A stretch of 55,742 nucleotides of DNA from a virus (IMGVR_UViG_3300033143_000932:1-55742), one strand, 5' to 3'; positions 19,573 through 30,632 are shown, counted from the first letter of the stretch. Notes: a model not told the origin generated them from the sequence alone. Made by a program: numbers and translations.

Positions 19573-22467
19573 TTAAGTATTGAATAAATTATTTAAAGAC
19601 TTCCCTCCTTCGTGTTGATACATTTTCTTTATAACTTCTTTCTTTTCGTCATAATTCATATTATCCCAATTATCAATATCTAGGTCACCTGTATAACTCC
19701 ATCTAGGTTTATTATCTTTAGTATAAAATCCTATATTATCTATAACTTTTATAGTCTTTTCAATAGGGTCACCAATTAATGTTGCAGTATTATATGTTCT
19801 ATTTCCACTACCAGAAAATTCATCACCTACAGTATAATCTCTTCCTTCTACTAATCCACCTTGACTAGCAATAGAAGTTGTAAATGCGGCTGGATTATTA
19901 TGTCTATCTGTTCTACTACCTCCTTTATTAGATGAAGTAGAAGTAGAAGGATATTGCATACCTTTCATTTGTTCTAAAGCTCTTTCTACAGATTGTAAAT
20001 CAGGCATTTGTTCTTTATTTCCAACAAGCTTTCTTTGATTAGTTGACATTTCAGTTTCATAAACTTTAACTCTAAACTTAGTAAAACCATTTTCAACATA
20101 CCTTTCAACTTCAGCTTCTGTATTACCATTAATACCGTAAGTTGCTTTTGTGTTTTTACCTTCTACAGCATTTGTGATTCTAAATATATTACCTTGTTGT
20201 TCAATTTCAGTACTCATTATAGCGTCAGCTAATTCAACACCATTACCAAATCTAGAAGGATTATTTCCTTTTTTATTATGCCCACTATAATTGTTTCTTA
20301 GTGAATGTTGTATTAAGTTATTTACACTAGTATTCTCTGTACCTGATATAGGTTTCATTAAAAATTCCTTAAACATTCCTGTAGGTTTGTTATCTTCATC
20401 CATTAGTTTTTCTTTAGCAACTAACATATAACCTTGACCTTCAATATAATCTGTCATACCAGTTATAGTTACATTTGCACTAATTGGTGTCAATGAATTA
20501 TTTTTTACTGCTTGATTAATAAGTCTACCATCTTCTGTATAGATATCATAATCTAATGCATGACCTTGAAATTGGTTAGTTAATGCTCTCGATATAAAAG
20601 AAACTCCTTTATTAGCTCCTTCGGGAGTATCTAAAGCAGGTACACTAAAATCATAATAAGCTGCTGTTCTAGGTTCATGTCGAGCTTGTGTTAAGTATTC
20701 TACAAAATCATCATTACTACCTTTTGCAGTTATAGTTTTTAAACTTTTTAGTTCTTTATGTAATTTTTTTAATTCAACAAGTTCAGGGTCAGGTGTACTA
20801 GTTTCATCTTCTCCAAAAACTATAGCACCTTTACTTCCTTGTCCTTTTGTAGCTTCTTTGAATTTCTCTAATTCAGTTGGACTTAAACCTGATGCATATT
20901 CTAATTGTTCATCTGTTGGTTTAATACTTGAAAAGTTTAAGAATGTTTCATCTAAGTATTCTAAGTTCGGACCAACTAAGTGTTTATATTTTTGAGCTAG
21001 TTCGCCATATCTATCCATTCTATTAGATGTTTGATTATTCAATTCATCTAATTCATCTTTAGATATTTTATTATTCGCATATAACCAATCCCAATATTGT
21101 TCATTTACAACACTATTATAATCTCTATTTTGTGCTTCTCTTAAATGAATATTTCTACTAGTTGAACTAATATCTTTTTCAATATCTGCTTTTTCAACTG
21201 CGCTTAAATTTTCATCTTCTAATTCTTTATATAATCTTGCTAATGTTTGAGTATCATTCTCAATAATTTTATCATTTTGTTCAATAGTTCTTTCGATTCC
21301 AGTTGTTCCTTCATCATCAAGACGTATTTGAATTCTCATTGGATTTAATACTGATGCACTATGTCCCATAGTAACTATAGCAGCAGTTTGTAAGGAACCT
21401 TCAGCAGCAGCTAGTGCTTCTTTATGTGTAAACTCTGTTTTAAGTTTTAATTGCCAATCTGAAAGAGAAGATAATGTTCTTTTTGTATAAGATAATCCAA
21501 CAGCAGACGGGTTAACATATTGGTCAACCTTTTGATTTTTAGCTATATTATTATATATATTTTCTGCTTCTCCTTTAGCTTGTAACTCTTGTAAAGTATA
21601 ACTTTCACCGTATACTCTATCAATATATTCTCTTAAATCTTTTTCATTTAATTGCTTTTCAACATCTTTAAAATCTATTTCTCTATTTGTACCATCTTCT
21701 AATTTAGTAGCAGTGTGTTTATCCATAGATATTTCATAGTTCATTTGTGCTTGATAATTTTGATTAGACATTACTAATCCTCTTAATGCACCTTCTATTT
21801 TACTAGGTTTAACTTCTTCTTCTGAACCTTCATAGATGTAACCATTTTCTTTCCATACTACTCTTTCTGATTGCCCTGTTTTATCATTATATACACTTAA
21901 TGGCATTTCATCTGCTTTAACTTTTTGTCCAAGTGTCCACATCTCATTTGCTATATCGGTATATTTAGGTGGTATTATAGCTCCATATCCACCTTCAAAA
22001 TGTCCTGTCTCTTCATTAAGTGTTACACCTCCATAATTCTCTTTCCCCTTTATAAGTGCGAAGTTAGCGTAATCTTGTGGATAATCACCATTAGCAACAC
22101 CATCATTAAGTTGAGCAATATGTGAATCCATAGCTTTCTTATTAGATATAGCTTTATTTAAAGCTTCATCTGTAGCGAAATCTTTACCAAGACCTCTAAC
22201 TATTTGTCCAGCATTTTCCCAATTACCTTCTTCTCTAACAGCTTCAAGTTCACTATTAAAGTTATCTATAGCTTCTCTTTTAATCCAATCATCTTTTTCA
22301 TCTAATTTAGTATTCTTCAAAAGAATTTCTAACTTATCTGAATTAGATTGATTAACTCTAAACTTCTCATCTAAAGTACTATTTAAAGCTTTTATCTCTT
22401 CTACAGGTTGACCAACATACGTTTGTACATTTCTTGAATATGATAAGTCTGGTGTTAAATTAGGCAT
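19573..22467 (-). CDS. Ejection/cargo protein with a possible C-terminal lysozyme-like domain
   Basis: Position between cargo 1 and RNAP as in crAss-like phages; S/T linker followed by RTDRHNNPAAF...MYQHEGG. Confidence 0.6.
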   Translation of the reverse strand: MPNLTPDLSYSRNVQTYVGQPVEEIKALNSTLDEKFRVNQSNSDKLEILLKNTKLDEKDDWIKREAIDNFNSELEAVREEGNWENAGQIVRGLGKDFATDEALNKAISNKKAMDSHIAQLNDGVANGDYPQDYANFALIKGKENYGGVTLNEETGHFEGGYGAIIPPKYTDIANEMWTLGQKVKADEMPLSVYNDKTGQSERVVWKENGYIYEGSEEEVKPSKIEGALRGLVMSNQNYQAQMNYEISMDKHTATKLEDGTNREIDFKDVEKQLNEKDLREYIDRVYGESYTLQELQAKGEAENIYNNIAKNQKVDQYVNPSAVGLSYTKRTLSSLSDWQLKLKTEFTHKEALAAAEGSLQTAAIVTMGHSASVLNPMRIQIRLDDEGTTGIERTIEQNDKIIENDTQTLARLYKELEDENLSAVEKADIEKDISSTSRNIHLREAQNRDYNSVVNEQYWDWLYANNKISKDELDELNNQTSNRMDRYGELAQKYKHLVGPNLEYLDETFLNFSSIKPTDEQLEYASGLSPTELEKFKEATKGQGSKGAIVFGEDETSTPDPELVELKKLHKELKSLKTITAKGSNDDFVEYLTQARHEPRTAAYYDFSVPALDTPEGANKGVSFISRALTNQFQGHALDYDIYTEDGRLINQAVKNNSLTPISANVTITGMTDYIEGQGYMLVAKEKLMDEDNKPTGMFKEFLMKPISGTENTSVNNLIQHSLRNNYSGHNKKGNNPSRFGNGVELADAIMSTEIEQQGNIFRITNAVEGKNTKATYGINGNTEAEVERYVENGFTKFRVKVYETEMSTNQRKLVGNKEQMPDLQSVERALEQMKGMQYPSTSTSSNKGGSRTDRHNNPAAFTTSIASQGGLVEGRDYTVGDEFSGSGNRTYNTATLIGDPIEKTIKVIDNIGFYTKDNKPRWSYTGDLDIDNWDNMNYDEKKEVIKKMYQHEGGKSLNNLFNT

Positions 22468-22555
22468 AATATAAGTTTTTATAACAACAAAAATCCTACT
22501 TAGTTAAAAGTAGAACTTTTGATAATTGTTTAATATGTATTATATAATTTCAAAA

Positions 22556-25192
22556 TTAAGATATATAAGTACCTTCGAAATCATTTACACCTTCTGGATT
22601 AGCCCATTTGACTTTATCTTTATCCTTAGGTATATCTTTAGTTTCTACTTTACTACTTATTTTATTATTAGGGAATAATATATTCCATTGTTCTATATAA
22701 TCTTTTCGACCACTTGAAATAATTGTTTCTTTCATTTGGTTTTGATTATTTTTATTTAATCTTAAACTATTAACATACTTTTTATCATTTAGTAATTGTC
22801 CACTTACTCCTGTATCAGGATATTTAGCAGCATCTAAAGTAATACGTCTATTATCTAATGCTCTTTGATTCATGTCTCTAATTCCTAATTGTACATCTTC
22901 AACAGCATTAGCAACATTTGCAGATTCTTTTCCTAAAATTTCATTTGTTCTAAGATACTTATTCATTCTAAAAGCTTCTCTTTTAGCAATGTTCTGAGCA
23001 TCTACTCCTTGTTTATTAATTTGTGATTGATTAAATAATCTACTTTCTATATTTTCTTTATTACCTCTAAGTACGTTTTTCTCTCTCATACCTTTAAGGT
23101 TTGCCATAAGTTGATTAGCTCTAGTAACTTGTGGTTGAATAGATGAACGTGAAACTCCTGTATTATATGCTTTAATACTCGAATCAACTTCTTGTAATTG
23201 AGGATTAATATTATATTCAGTATCAAATTCTCTAGCCTTTTGAAATTCAGGTAAAGGAATCTCTGGTATTTTATCTATCTGTTTTTTATTATATAAGTTA
23301 TCTAGTAATGGTATAGCTAATTGTCCTACTTGTCCTGCAACATTTAAAGCAGTACCAGCAACATTACCCCAATTAACTTTTCCTCCTTCAGCTAATTCAC
23401 CACCATAAGCATTAGTTGGAACTTGTTCTCCTTTTTGTGCTTCTTGTTGTGCAAATAAATCTTCTAAATCTTTCTCTAATCTTTCTACCATTCTTTCAGC
23501 AGTAGCACGTTCAAACTTATTTGAAGAATTTAATTTTTCTTCATATTTAGCTTTCTTCTTACCTATCTTTTCAGCTTCATCTGCGTATCCAAGTCTTTCA
23601 CTATAAACATCATTACCATCTTTAATAACTTCTTCACCTTCAACCTCAGCAACCTGTTTGCCGTTTTGATTAGCAAGTATAACTCCTCCTTCTTCATGTG
23701 TATCACCTTCTATTTTTTCAACATTACTAGCTAATGTCTTAGATTGACCTCCTTTAACTACATCTAAATTTTTATCTCTAAGTTTTCCACCATAAGCAAG
23801 ATTACCTTGTAACGCTTCTAATTCTGCTGTTTCATCAGTAGTTAAAAAACTAGAATAATCTTTAATAAAATCAGCTTTTCTTTGATTATATTTATTAAGA
23901 TTTTGTCCGTATAATTCTTTTTTACGTAATTCGTCTTGATATCTATTCTCATTTACTTCGTGTTCCTTACCTGATTTATCAGCATAGTAATAATACTTTT
24001 CATCTTGTGTTCCGATTACTTTAGGTTTCTTTCCACCTCTCCATACAGTCTTACCTGATTTAAGATTTCTTTTACTTGTATCGTAATCTTTATATTTAGG
24101 AACTTGTCGTGTACCTTCTACAACATCTTTATGATATTTCTTAGGAGCAGTATTATTAAATCCAAATTCTGGTATCGCTACTTCTCTACCACTTTCATCA
24201 GTATACTTTTGATATCCTCTTACAGGAGCATTTTCATTTTGTACAAAATCAGCCATTCCGCTAAGAGTAGGGATATCTTTAAATGCTTCTTCTGAAGTAT
24301 GACGTACAATACCTGTTTTCATTTCTTCTTCATTCTTTGCGAATGTAGGATTAGTAGTATATTTACCACCTGGTGTTAACTTACCTTTATAACCAAATGT
24401 TGCAAGTCCTTCAGGGTTATATTTATCACTTGCATAGTATGCTTGTTGTGCTTTATTTCCTTCGCCAAATCTTGCATTGATTTTTTCTATACGTAAATCA
24501 TCAAGTTGTTCTTGTGTCATTGTTTGTGCTGGTGGGTCACCTTCAACACTATCATTTATTCCACCACCATCAGGAAACATTCTACCACCCTTAGCACCGA
24601 AGTAACTTACATTACCTGTACCTTCAGAATTATGTACTTCTTCAAGTTTCTCGTAAGCATCTTTTTGCATTTCAGCCTTACGTTCTTTAAGCTCTAATTC
24701 TCTTTTAGCTTTTTTACCTGCTATTTTACTTTTCTCTTTAGCTAGTTGAGCTTCTTCAAAATCTTTATCGAACTTACCAGTTATACCTCCCATAGCACCA
24801 CCTGCAACAGCTCCTATTGCAGTACCTATAGGACCGAATGTAGAACCTAATGCCATACCTTGTTGTGCACCAGATAATGCAGCTCCACCTACATTTGTTG
24901 TAGCAGTATTATCAAGTCCTTCTCCGTACTCATCTAATTCAGTATTATAATCTTCTAATTCTTCTTCTCCAAAAGTATCTACTTCTTTCATATAATCTGC
25001 ATACGATTGTTCTGCATCACTATATGTATTATCAGCTTCTTCAATGTTACCACCTTCTGCTAGTTTTTTAAGTTCAGTAGTATAACTTTGTTTAGTAGCA
25101 TCGTCCATAGTTATAAAACCACTTCCTTGCTTATAGTATTTACCTTTATTTAAACAACTCTTTAGATATTTTGCTCTATTACTTTTGCTCAT
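22556..25192 (-). CDS. Ejection/cargo protein (cargo protein 1-like) with a Gly-rich membrane-inserting segment
   Basis: GGAALSGAQQGMALGSTFGPIGTAIGAVAGGAMGG glycine zipper; GDTHEEGGV...EVEGEEVI motif; directly downstream of the muzzle gene. Confidence 0.7.
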   Translation of the reverse strand: MSKSNRAKYLKSCLNKGKYYKQGSGFITMDDATKQSYTTELKKLAEGGNIEEADNTYSDAEQSYADYMKEVDTFGEEELEDYNTELDEYGEGLDNTATTNVGGAALSGAQQGMALGSTFGPIGTAIGAVAGGAMGGITGKFDKDFEEAQLAKEKSKIAGKKAKRELELKERKAEMQKDAYEKLEEVHNSEGTGNVSYFGAKGGRMFPDGGGINDSVEGDPPAQTMTQEQLDDLRIEKINARFGEGNKAQQAYYASDKYNPEGLATFGYKGKLTPGGKYTTNPTFAKNEEEMKTGIVRHTSEEAFKDIPTLSGMADFVQNENAPVRGYQKYTDESGREVAIPEFGFNNTAPKKYHKDVVEGTRQVPKYKDYDTSKRNLKSGKTVWRGGKKPKVIGTQDEKYYYYADKSGKEHEVNENRYQDELRKKELYGQNLNKYNQRKADFIKDYSSFLTTDETAELEALQGNLAYGGKLRDKNLDVVKGGQSKTLASNVEKIEGDTHEEGGVILANQNGKQVAEVEGEEVIKDGNDVYSERLGYADEAEKIGKKKAKYEEKLNSSNKFERATAERMVERLEKDLEDLFAQQEAQKGEQVPTNAYGGELAEGGKVNWGNVAGTALNVAGQVGQLAIPLLDNLYNKKQIDKIPEIPLPEFQKAREFDTEYNINPQLQEVDSSIKAYNTGVSRSSIQPQVTRANQLMANLKGMREKNVLRGNKENIESRLFNQSQINKQGVDAQNIAKREAFRMNKYLRTNEILGKESANVANAVEDVQLGIRDMNQRALDNRRITLDAAKYPDTGVSGQLLNDKKYVNSLRLNKNNQNQMKETIISSGRKDYIEQWNILFPNNKISSKVETKDIPKDKDKVKWANPEGVNDFEGTYIS

Positions 25193-25198
25193 AACTTT

Positions 25199-28100
25199 CT
25201 ATTTATCAAATACTCTATTTTTAAAACTAGCATCATTTAGATAAAAATCATTCTGACTACTATTATCGTGAATAAATCTGACAATTCCAAATTTTCCAAT
25301 GAATTTATTCTTGTTTATCCAAGATATTTGTTCACTTAAATTTGTTAATATCAGTTCATTATTACTATCTATAAAAGGTAATGTAGTATCTTTTACAATA
25401 TCTTTAAAAGTATTAAAGAACCATTGTTCATCATCACCACTTGCATTCTTTAAGAACCAAGATTCATTTTTATTTATTTCAATAACTCCACTACATTGAT
25501 AATCATTATATATTAAAATATGTGTGATAGTTTTATTCCTTAGTTTAGTGTTATCTGCCTGTATAATAGAACTATTCCAAAGTACAGCTTCCCATATTTT
25601 AGTTTCTCTAGTATTACCTAAAAATACTACATCAGCAAATGATTGATAAGTCGTTGCACCATAAAATATAGCTTTTTTACTTTCTATATTATGCTTATAT
25701 ATTTCACCTAAATTAGCAATTGAATAAACTTCATCTCTTGTATTAATTAAGTAATTAGTTATATAATCGTGGAACGAAACCCAACCACCTTTACCTTGAT
25801 TAATATTAGTTGAATAACTAACCGTATAGGATACATCATATTTACCACTACCAGCAGTTTTATTTATATTCTTAGATATTATTAATCTATTATACTTTTC
25901 ATCGTAACATGCTGAAATACCCATTTCTATAAATGGATTATCTATATCTTCAGTAGTTTCTAAACTATCTCTAAAGAAATTTCTTAAACCTTTAGCACTA
26001 ATTTCATCAATACCTTGTCCTGAATAAATAAATATTTTACCTTGATTTCTATCTACAGTAACATAACCTAGTTTACATGTAAACGCAGCAAACTTAGATT
26101 GACAACCGATATAACCATTATCTTCTGGTGCTATTTCATCAGGAGTTCTATCAAAAATATCTCCTTCACCTAAATAACTTGTTATATTATCTGCTTTTAA
26201 TACATCTTTTATTGTAGCAGAAAATAAAGCAAATTTATGTTGTATTAATAAAGTTCTATTTAAAGTTTCTAGTTCCCATATTTCGCCTTTATTTCTAGGC
26301 ATAGTATAGAAATTATTTGCTAAAAATGTTCTCCATCCTACTGTTAAGGATTCATTAAAATCTTTTATACTTCTAAATACAGTAAAAGGTAATTTGTCTG
26401 TAATAGCGTATTTAGGATTAAATACAGAAGGTGATTGTAAGTCATTTACCGAATTAAATAAAGGGTCAGGACTCACGTATCTAGGAGAAATATATGTAAA
26501 AATTTCTTGATGTACAACATATCTATCATAATCAGGTGGAACAGTTTGATTATCTGTATTTATATATATATCTTCACTTCTAATAAAAGTATCACCACCA
26601 AATATTACTTCACTATTTTCTAATTGTATTGCACCTTCAATATAATTTATTGTATTAGTACTAGCTAATGATTGCTCATAGTACGGACTAAATATATCAG
26701 TAACTACTTTATGTAATGAAATAATTGGGAAATTCCATGTATTCGCATATACTGGGGGATTAGAACCTATATTACCTGATACAGAACCACCTATTAAAGC
26801 ACCTATAGATTGTCCAGGGTCAGATATTTGAACATGTGGTTCTCTTTCTGGGTTACCTCCTGCACTACCTAATGGTTTATATACTACTGTATCTGGTATA
26901 GTATGTGCTTCTTGTAAAGAAGTAGAAGGTGCACTTATAGCAGATTGGTCTTGATATAAATCAACTTTATAAAAATCAGATTTAAAAGTAGGTTGAAATT
27001 CTAATAACTCTTTAGGATACCACCTTAAACTATCAGGGTCATCAATATCATTTGTAACTGCAAATGTTTTAACAGCTATACTTTGTCCCATTACAGTTTG
27101 ATTACTAGTATCTTTTTTAGCGTAATTTAAAGTATAACCTTTAACCTTTCCTATTAATTCAGCAGGAATTGCTACATCTTCTAATCTTAATCCAAATACA
27201 ATTTGATTAGCATCTAAATTAGTTATAATACCTTCTTGTGTAGCTCTAGTATATACTGAAATATTATTTGGCATTTTATGATGCCTAACATTTTGTCCTG
27301 ATAAATCACCTATTATTGCACCTGTTTCATCACATATTTTTGAATTATCATTATTACCATATGTTTCATTTAAATTTTTCCAAAATCCTAAAGTACCTGT
27401 TGTTTTATCTGCTGTTTCTTTTATATGAAAATTTGAAGTAAGATAATTATTTTCAATTAGTTCATCTTGTGTTGTAGTACGTGAACTAGGAATAATATTT
27501 ATTAATAATTTATCTTCTCCTAAATAATCATTTAAATCAAAAAATTCATACACTCCTACACTAGGTTCTGTAAATGTATTTGGGTCAGTATCTAAAGTAA
27601 CTTTAAATGTAATTATATTTGTATTTATATCACCTGATATTGTTTCATATTTTTTAACATTATATCTTGTACCATTTAAGTCAATGTAATACGTTTGATA
27701 TATATTAAAAGGTGATGCCATTACTATTGAATTAGCAGTTGCAGGAATACCTGAATCATAAGTTATAAATACTTCAACTTCATTACCTACAGTAATATTA
27801 TAATAAGGTACAGTACCTACTGTTCTAGTTACTATAATAAATACACCTGTATCAAGCCAACCAGCTAAATAAACCCAATATGTACCAGTATCACTATTTT
27901 TAGATTCGTCACCATTTTGAGGAGAAGGTAAAGCTAATATTTCAACAGTTGTTCTTTCTGGTTGAGGAATAGCTTCTCTACCTGGTATATGAAAAGCATC
28001 AGTTGTACTTCCATCATTAAATATCCAACTTATATATAAAGCATATACTTCATTAGGCATAAATGTTCTATAGTGAGCTTGACGAAATTCTTCTTTATAA

Positions 28101-29113
28101 TATTCTTTTTTAGTTGTATCGTCACTTGTAATACCTGATGTAGTTGTATTTAGATTAATAGGTTCCCACTTTACTTTAATATTATTTGCATAACATTGGT
28201 AATTAATAGCTTTAGTTTTTACATTTCCAAGTATTAATTCATCTTTTAAAGTAGTCATTGTATGAACTCTTTCAAAAGTATTTGTTGGAATTATTACATC
28301 TTCTATTGTTAAAGTAGTAGGAAAACTTTGTCCACTATAATTTACATATTCTATAGTATCGGAAATAGGAAAATCTCCAATTTCAATTACATTAGTTTCA
28401 GTTGCTAATCTATTTATAGCAACTAATTTAAAACTTCCAAATGAAGTATCTAAATTACTTACTTGTAATATTATACTTTTAGTATCAGAATCATTTGAAA
28501 CAGGATTACTTAATACTAAAAAATTAGTTCTATCATTATTAATATAATTATATGCAATAGCAAATTGTGTTGCACCTTGTGGTGCAAACCCTCCATCTAT
28601 AAAAGAACTAAGACTAATTTTAGGTATCTCAATATCAGGATTTAAATAAGTTAATCTAGCATTAGCACTTGTTACAAATTCTAAATTACCATCTAATACA
28701 AATGGTAAATTAGTTAAATTTAATAATCTAGGTGGAGTTGCAGAATCATTTAAACCATCACACCAAGCAACAATTAACTCTTCTCTAAAATTTCTTTTTG
28801 CAACACCTTCTATTGGATTCTCTTTTAAAAACCCTAAATGAATACTTTCAATTACTTTAACATAATTTCCATTGTCTTCTATAATACCTATTTCACTAGT
28901 TGTATCATCAGTAGAAAATATAATTAAATCATTAGTAGTTTTAACAATACCAATAATAGTTTTATCTGTAACTGTATGATGTAGATTAAAGCCTTCTTCA
29001 TTAGTAATAGAATTAAATCCTTTACTAATTAGAATGTTCTTAGCATGTCTCCAACTATTCTTAGGTTGATGATAAGGTTGTATATCTGTATTTAATCCTC
29101 CGTTTAAACTCAT
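25199..29113 (-). CDS. Tail muzzle / stabilisation protein (P22 gp10-like position)
   Basis: 1304-aa beta-rich protein with N-terminal GGLNTD.QP..QP..SWRHAKNI, RTFMPNEVYALYI, VRHHKMP, FGGDTFI, YIGCQSK and WVSFHDY motifs; synteny. Confidence 0.8.
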   Translation of the reverse strand: MSLNGGLNTDIQPYHQPKNSWRHAKNILISKGFNSITNEEGFNLHHTVTDKTIIGIVKTTNDLIIFSTDDTTSEIGIIEDNGNYVKVIESIHLGFLKENPIEGVAKRNFREELIVAWCDGLNDSATPPRLLNLTNLPFVLDGNLEFVTSANARLTYLNPDIEIPKISLSSFIDGGFAPQGATQFAIAYNYINNDRTNFLVLSNPVSNDSDTKSIILQVSNLDTSFGSFKLVAINRLATETNVIEIGDFPISDTIEYVNYSGQSFPTTLTIEDVIIPTNTFERVHTMTTLKDELILGNVKTKAINYQCYANNIKVKWEPINLNTTTSGITSDDTTKKEYYKEEFRQAHYRTFMPNEVYALYISWIFNDGSTTDAFHIPGREAIPQPERTTVEILALPSPQNGDESKNSDTGTYWVYLAGWLDTGVFIIVTRTVGTVPYYNITVGNEVEVFITYDSGIPATANSIVMASPFNIYQTYYIDLNGTRYNVKKYETISGDINTNIITFKVTLDTDPNTFTEPSVGVYEFFDLNDYLGEDKLLINIIPSSRTTTQDELIENNYLTSNFHIKETADKTTGTLGFWKNLNETYGNNDNSKICDETGAIIGDLSGQNVRHHKMPNNISVYTRATQEGIITNLDANQIVFGLRLEDVAIPAELIGKVKGYTLNYAKKDTSNQTVMGQSIAVKTFAVTNDIDDPDSLRWYPKELLEFQPTFKSDFYKVDLYQDQSAISAPSTSLQEAHTIPDTVVYKPLGSAGGNPEREPHVQISDPGQSIGALIGGSVSGNIGSNPPVYANTWNFPIISLHKVVTDIFSPYYEQSLASTNTINYIEGAIQLENSEVIFGGDTFIRSEDIYINTDNQTVPPDYDRYVVHQEIFTYISPRYVSPDPLFNSVNDLQSPSVFNPKYAITDKLPFTVFRSIKDFNESLTVGWRTFLANNFYTMPRNKGEIWELETLNRTLLIQHKFALFSATIKDVLKADNITSYLGEGDIFDRTPDEIAPEDNGYIGCQSKFAAFTCKLGYVTVDRNQGKIFIYSGQGIDEISAKGLRNFFRDSLETTEDIDNPFIEMGISACYDEKYNRLIISKNINKTAGSGKYDVSYTVSYSTNINQGKGGWVSFHDYITNYLINTRDEVYSIANLGEIYKHNIESKKAIFYGATTYQSFADVVFLGNTRETKIWEAVLWNSSIIQADNTKLRNKTITHILIYNDYQCSGVIEINKNESWFLKNASGDDEQWFFNTFKDIVKDTTLPFIDSNNELILTNLSEQISWINKNKFIGKFGIVRFIHDNSSQNDFYLNDASFKNRVFDK

Positions 29114-29838
29114 TCTCTAACTATTGTAAAATTACTTATAAATTTAGTATTAGGGTCATCTGCTTGACTAAGTACTTCTAAATCAGTATTAAATAGTTTT
29201 TTAGCTTTATCAACATCTATAATAATATTATTCCAACTATTTTTAAATTTCTCGTAACCATCTATATCAGGTGCATAAGCTCTATTTCTAGCACGTACTG
29301 CCCACTTTTCCCAAGTAGCTTCCATGAACATAGGGTCTTTATATACTTGATGTTTTGAACCTCTAGCTACTAATCTAAACATTATATACCATGCTAAAGC
29401 TTGTTTAAATTCCATTGAATCTGGAACTAAAGGAAACCCATCACAATCTACAGGTACACTTAAACCATGTATTATTATATCACCTTCTTCAAATGTTGTA
29501 TGAATATAATTAGGATTAATTTTATAACTCTCATTAGTATGTAGAGGTAAATCAATTCCATTCCCCTGTATAGTATTAGATGAACCACTAGGTTGTAAGT
29601 AAGCACCTTCATATTCAATACCTTCTATGAATTCTAATGAACAAGGTAGTTTAGCTTTAAATTCTTTCACTGTTACAGGAAAAGGTTGTAAAACATATTC
29701 AGTATAAGCACCAATATATTCAATAGCTTCTCCCATCCATTCAACTGCATCATTTACCCAGTTACTATCAGAAGGTCTAAAATCTCTATATATTTTAGCT
29801 ATTACTTGCTTAGATGAAACATTCTTATATATTGCCAT
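29110..29838 (-). CDS. Tail ring / tubular protein
   Basis: VEWMGEAIEYIG, KAKLPC, YIHTTFEEG, PVDCDGFPLVPD, ALAWYI; immediately upstream of the muzzle gene. Confidence 0.75.
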   Translation of the reverse strand: MAIYKNVSSKQVIAKIYRDFRPSDSNWVNDAVEWMGEAIEYIGAYTEYVLQPFPVTVKEFKAKLPCSLEFIEGIEYEGAYLQPSGSSNTIQGNGIDLPLHTNESYKINPNYIHTTFEEGDIIIHGLSVPVDCDGFPLVPDSMEFKQALAWYIMFRLVARGSKHQVYKDPMFMEATWEKWAVRARNRAYAPDIDGYEKFKNSWNNIIIDVDKAKKLFNTDLEVLSQADDPNTKFISNFTIVRE

Positions 29839-30632
29839 TACATTGTATAATTTAAATCCGCGTATTCGTTATCATTTCTATATCTTGACAACTTCTTTAC
29901 ATTACCATTTTCTCCTGTAGTAGGACTAAAAGAATATAACTCTAAGTTAGCTAATGTTGAATGTGATTTATACCAATACCACCAACAACTATATTCATCT
30001 GTTCTATAAACAAAGTATTTTTCACCACCATTATTCTCTAATGGTTTACCTTCTACATCACGTTTAGTGACTTCATAAGGTGTACCACCTTCATTAATAA
30101 TTTGTTGTTTAAGTTTCTTAGATTCATTCCAATCTATTACAGGTTTTAATAAATTTCTTTTCTTCTTTCTTATTTTTATTATACCAATTCCAAACCCTAA
30201 ATTAAAACTTTCTCCTTTAAGTATCTCATCAACCATTGACTTATTAAATATACTTATAACATCTTTATATATAGTATAACTTAATATTTCTTTTTTTAGT
30301 TTATCTAACTTCTTATATCTCTTATCTAATATTACATTCAATCCGACGACTTTTTCTAACTCGCGAAGTAGCTTAGATTTTGTTAAACCGCCCAATGGTA
30401 CGACAAAAAACTGTGTGTTCGATTCTAAGGACGATAAATTTAGTTCAGTATCATTTTTTATACTATCTAAACTACGTTTTGTTATTAGTAATACGTTATC
30501 TTCATTTGGAGTTAGTTTATTTACTATTATCTTTTTAACTTTATTTAAAGAAGAGATACCTGTTTTAATAACAGATATCTCTCTTTTTAATCCACTTATA
30601 TATTCCTTATAGAAAACTTTACTGTTTACCAT
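29838..30632 (-). CDS. IHF/HU-like domain protein with N-terminal extension
   Basis: DVISIFNKSMVDEILKGESFNLGFGIGIIKIRKKKR resembles an HU/IHF core, followed by IDWNES...WYWYK; such genes sit between ring genes in crAss-like phages. Confidence 0.65.
   Translation of the reverse strand: MVNSKVFYKEYISGLKREISVIKTGISSLNKVKKIIVNKLTPNEDNVLLITKRSLDSIKNDTELNLSSLESNTQFFVVPLGGLTKSKLLRELEKVVGLNVILDKRYKKLDKLKKEILSYTIYKDVISIFNKSMVDEILKGESFNLGFGIGIIKIRKKKRNLLKPVIDWNESKKLKQQIINEGGTPYEVTKRDVEGKPLENNGGEKYFVYRTDEYSCWWYWYKSHSTLANLELYSFSPTTGENGNVKKLSRYRNDNEYADLNYTM

Noticed and set aside
2674-25564. ATACAGGC on the coding strand at 2674, 9352, 16379 and 25557
   Set aside because: All encode Ile-Gln-Ala; about one copy is expected by chance and the motif was picked post hoc, so it is not convincing without a k-mer test
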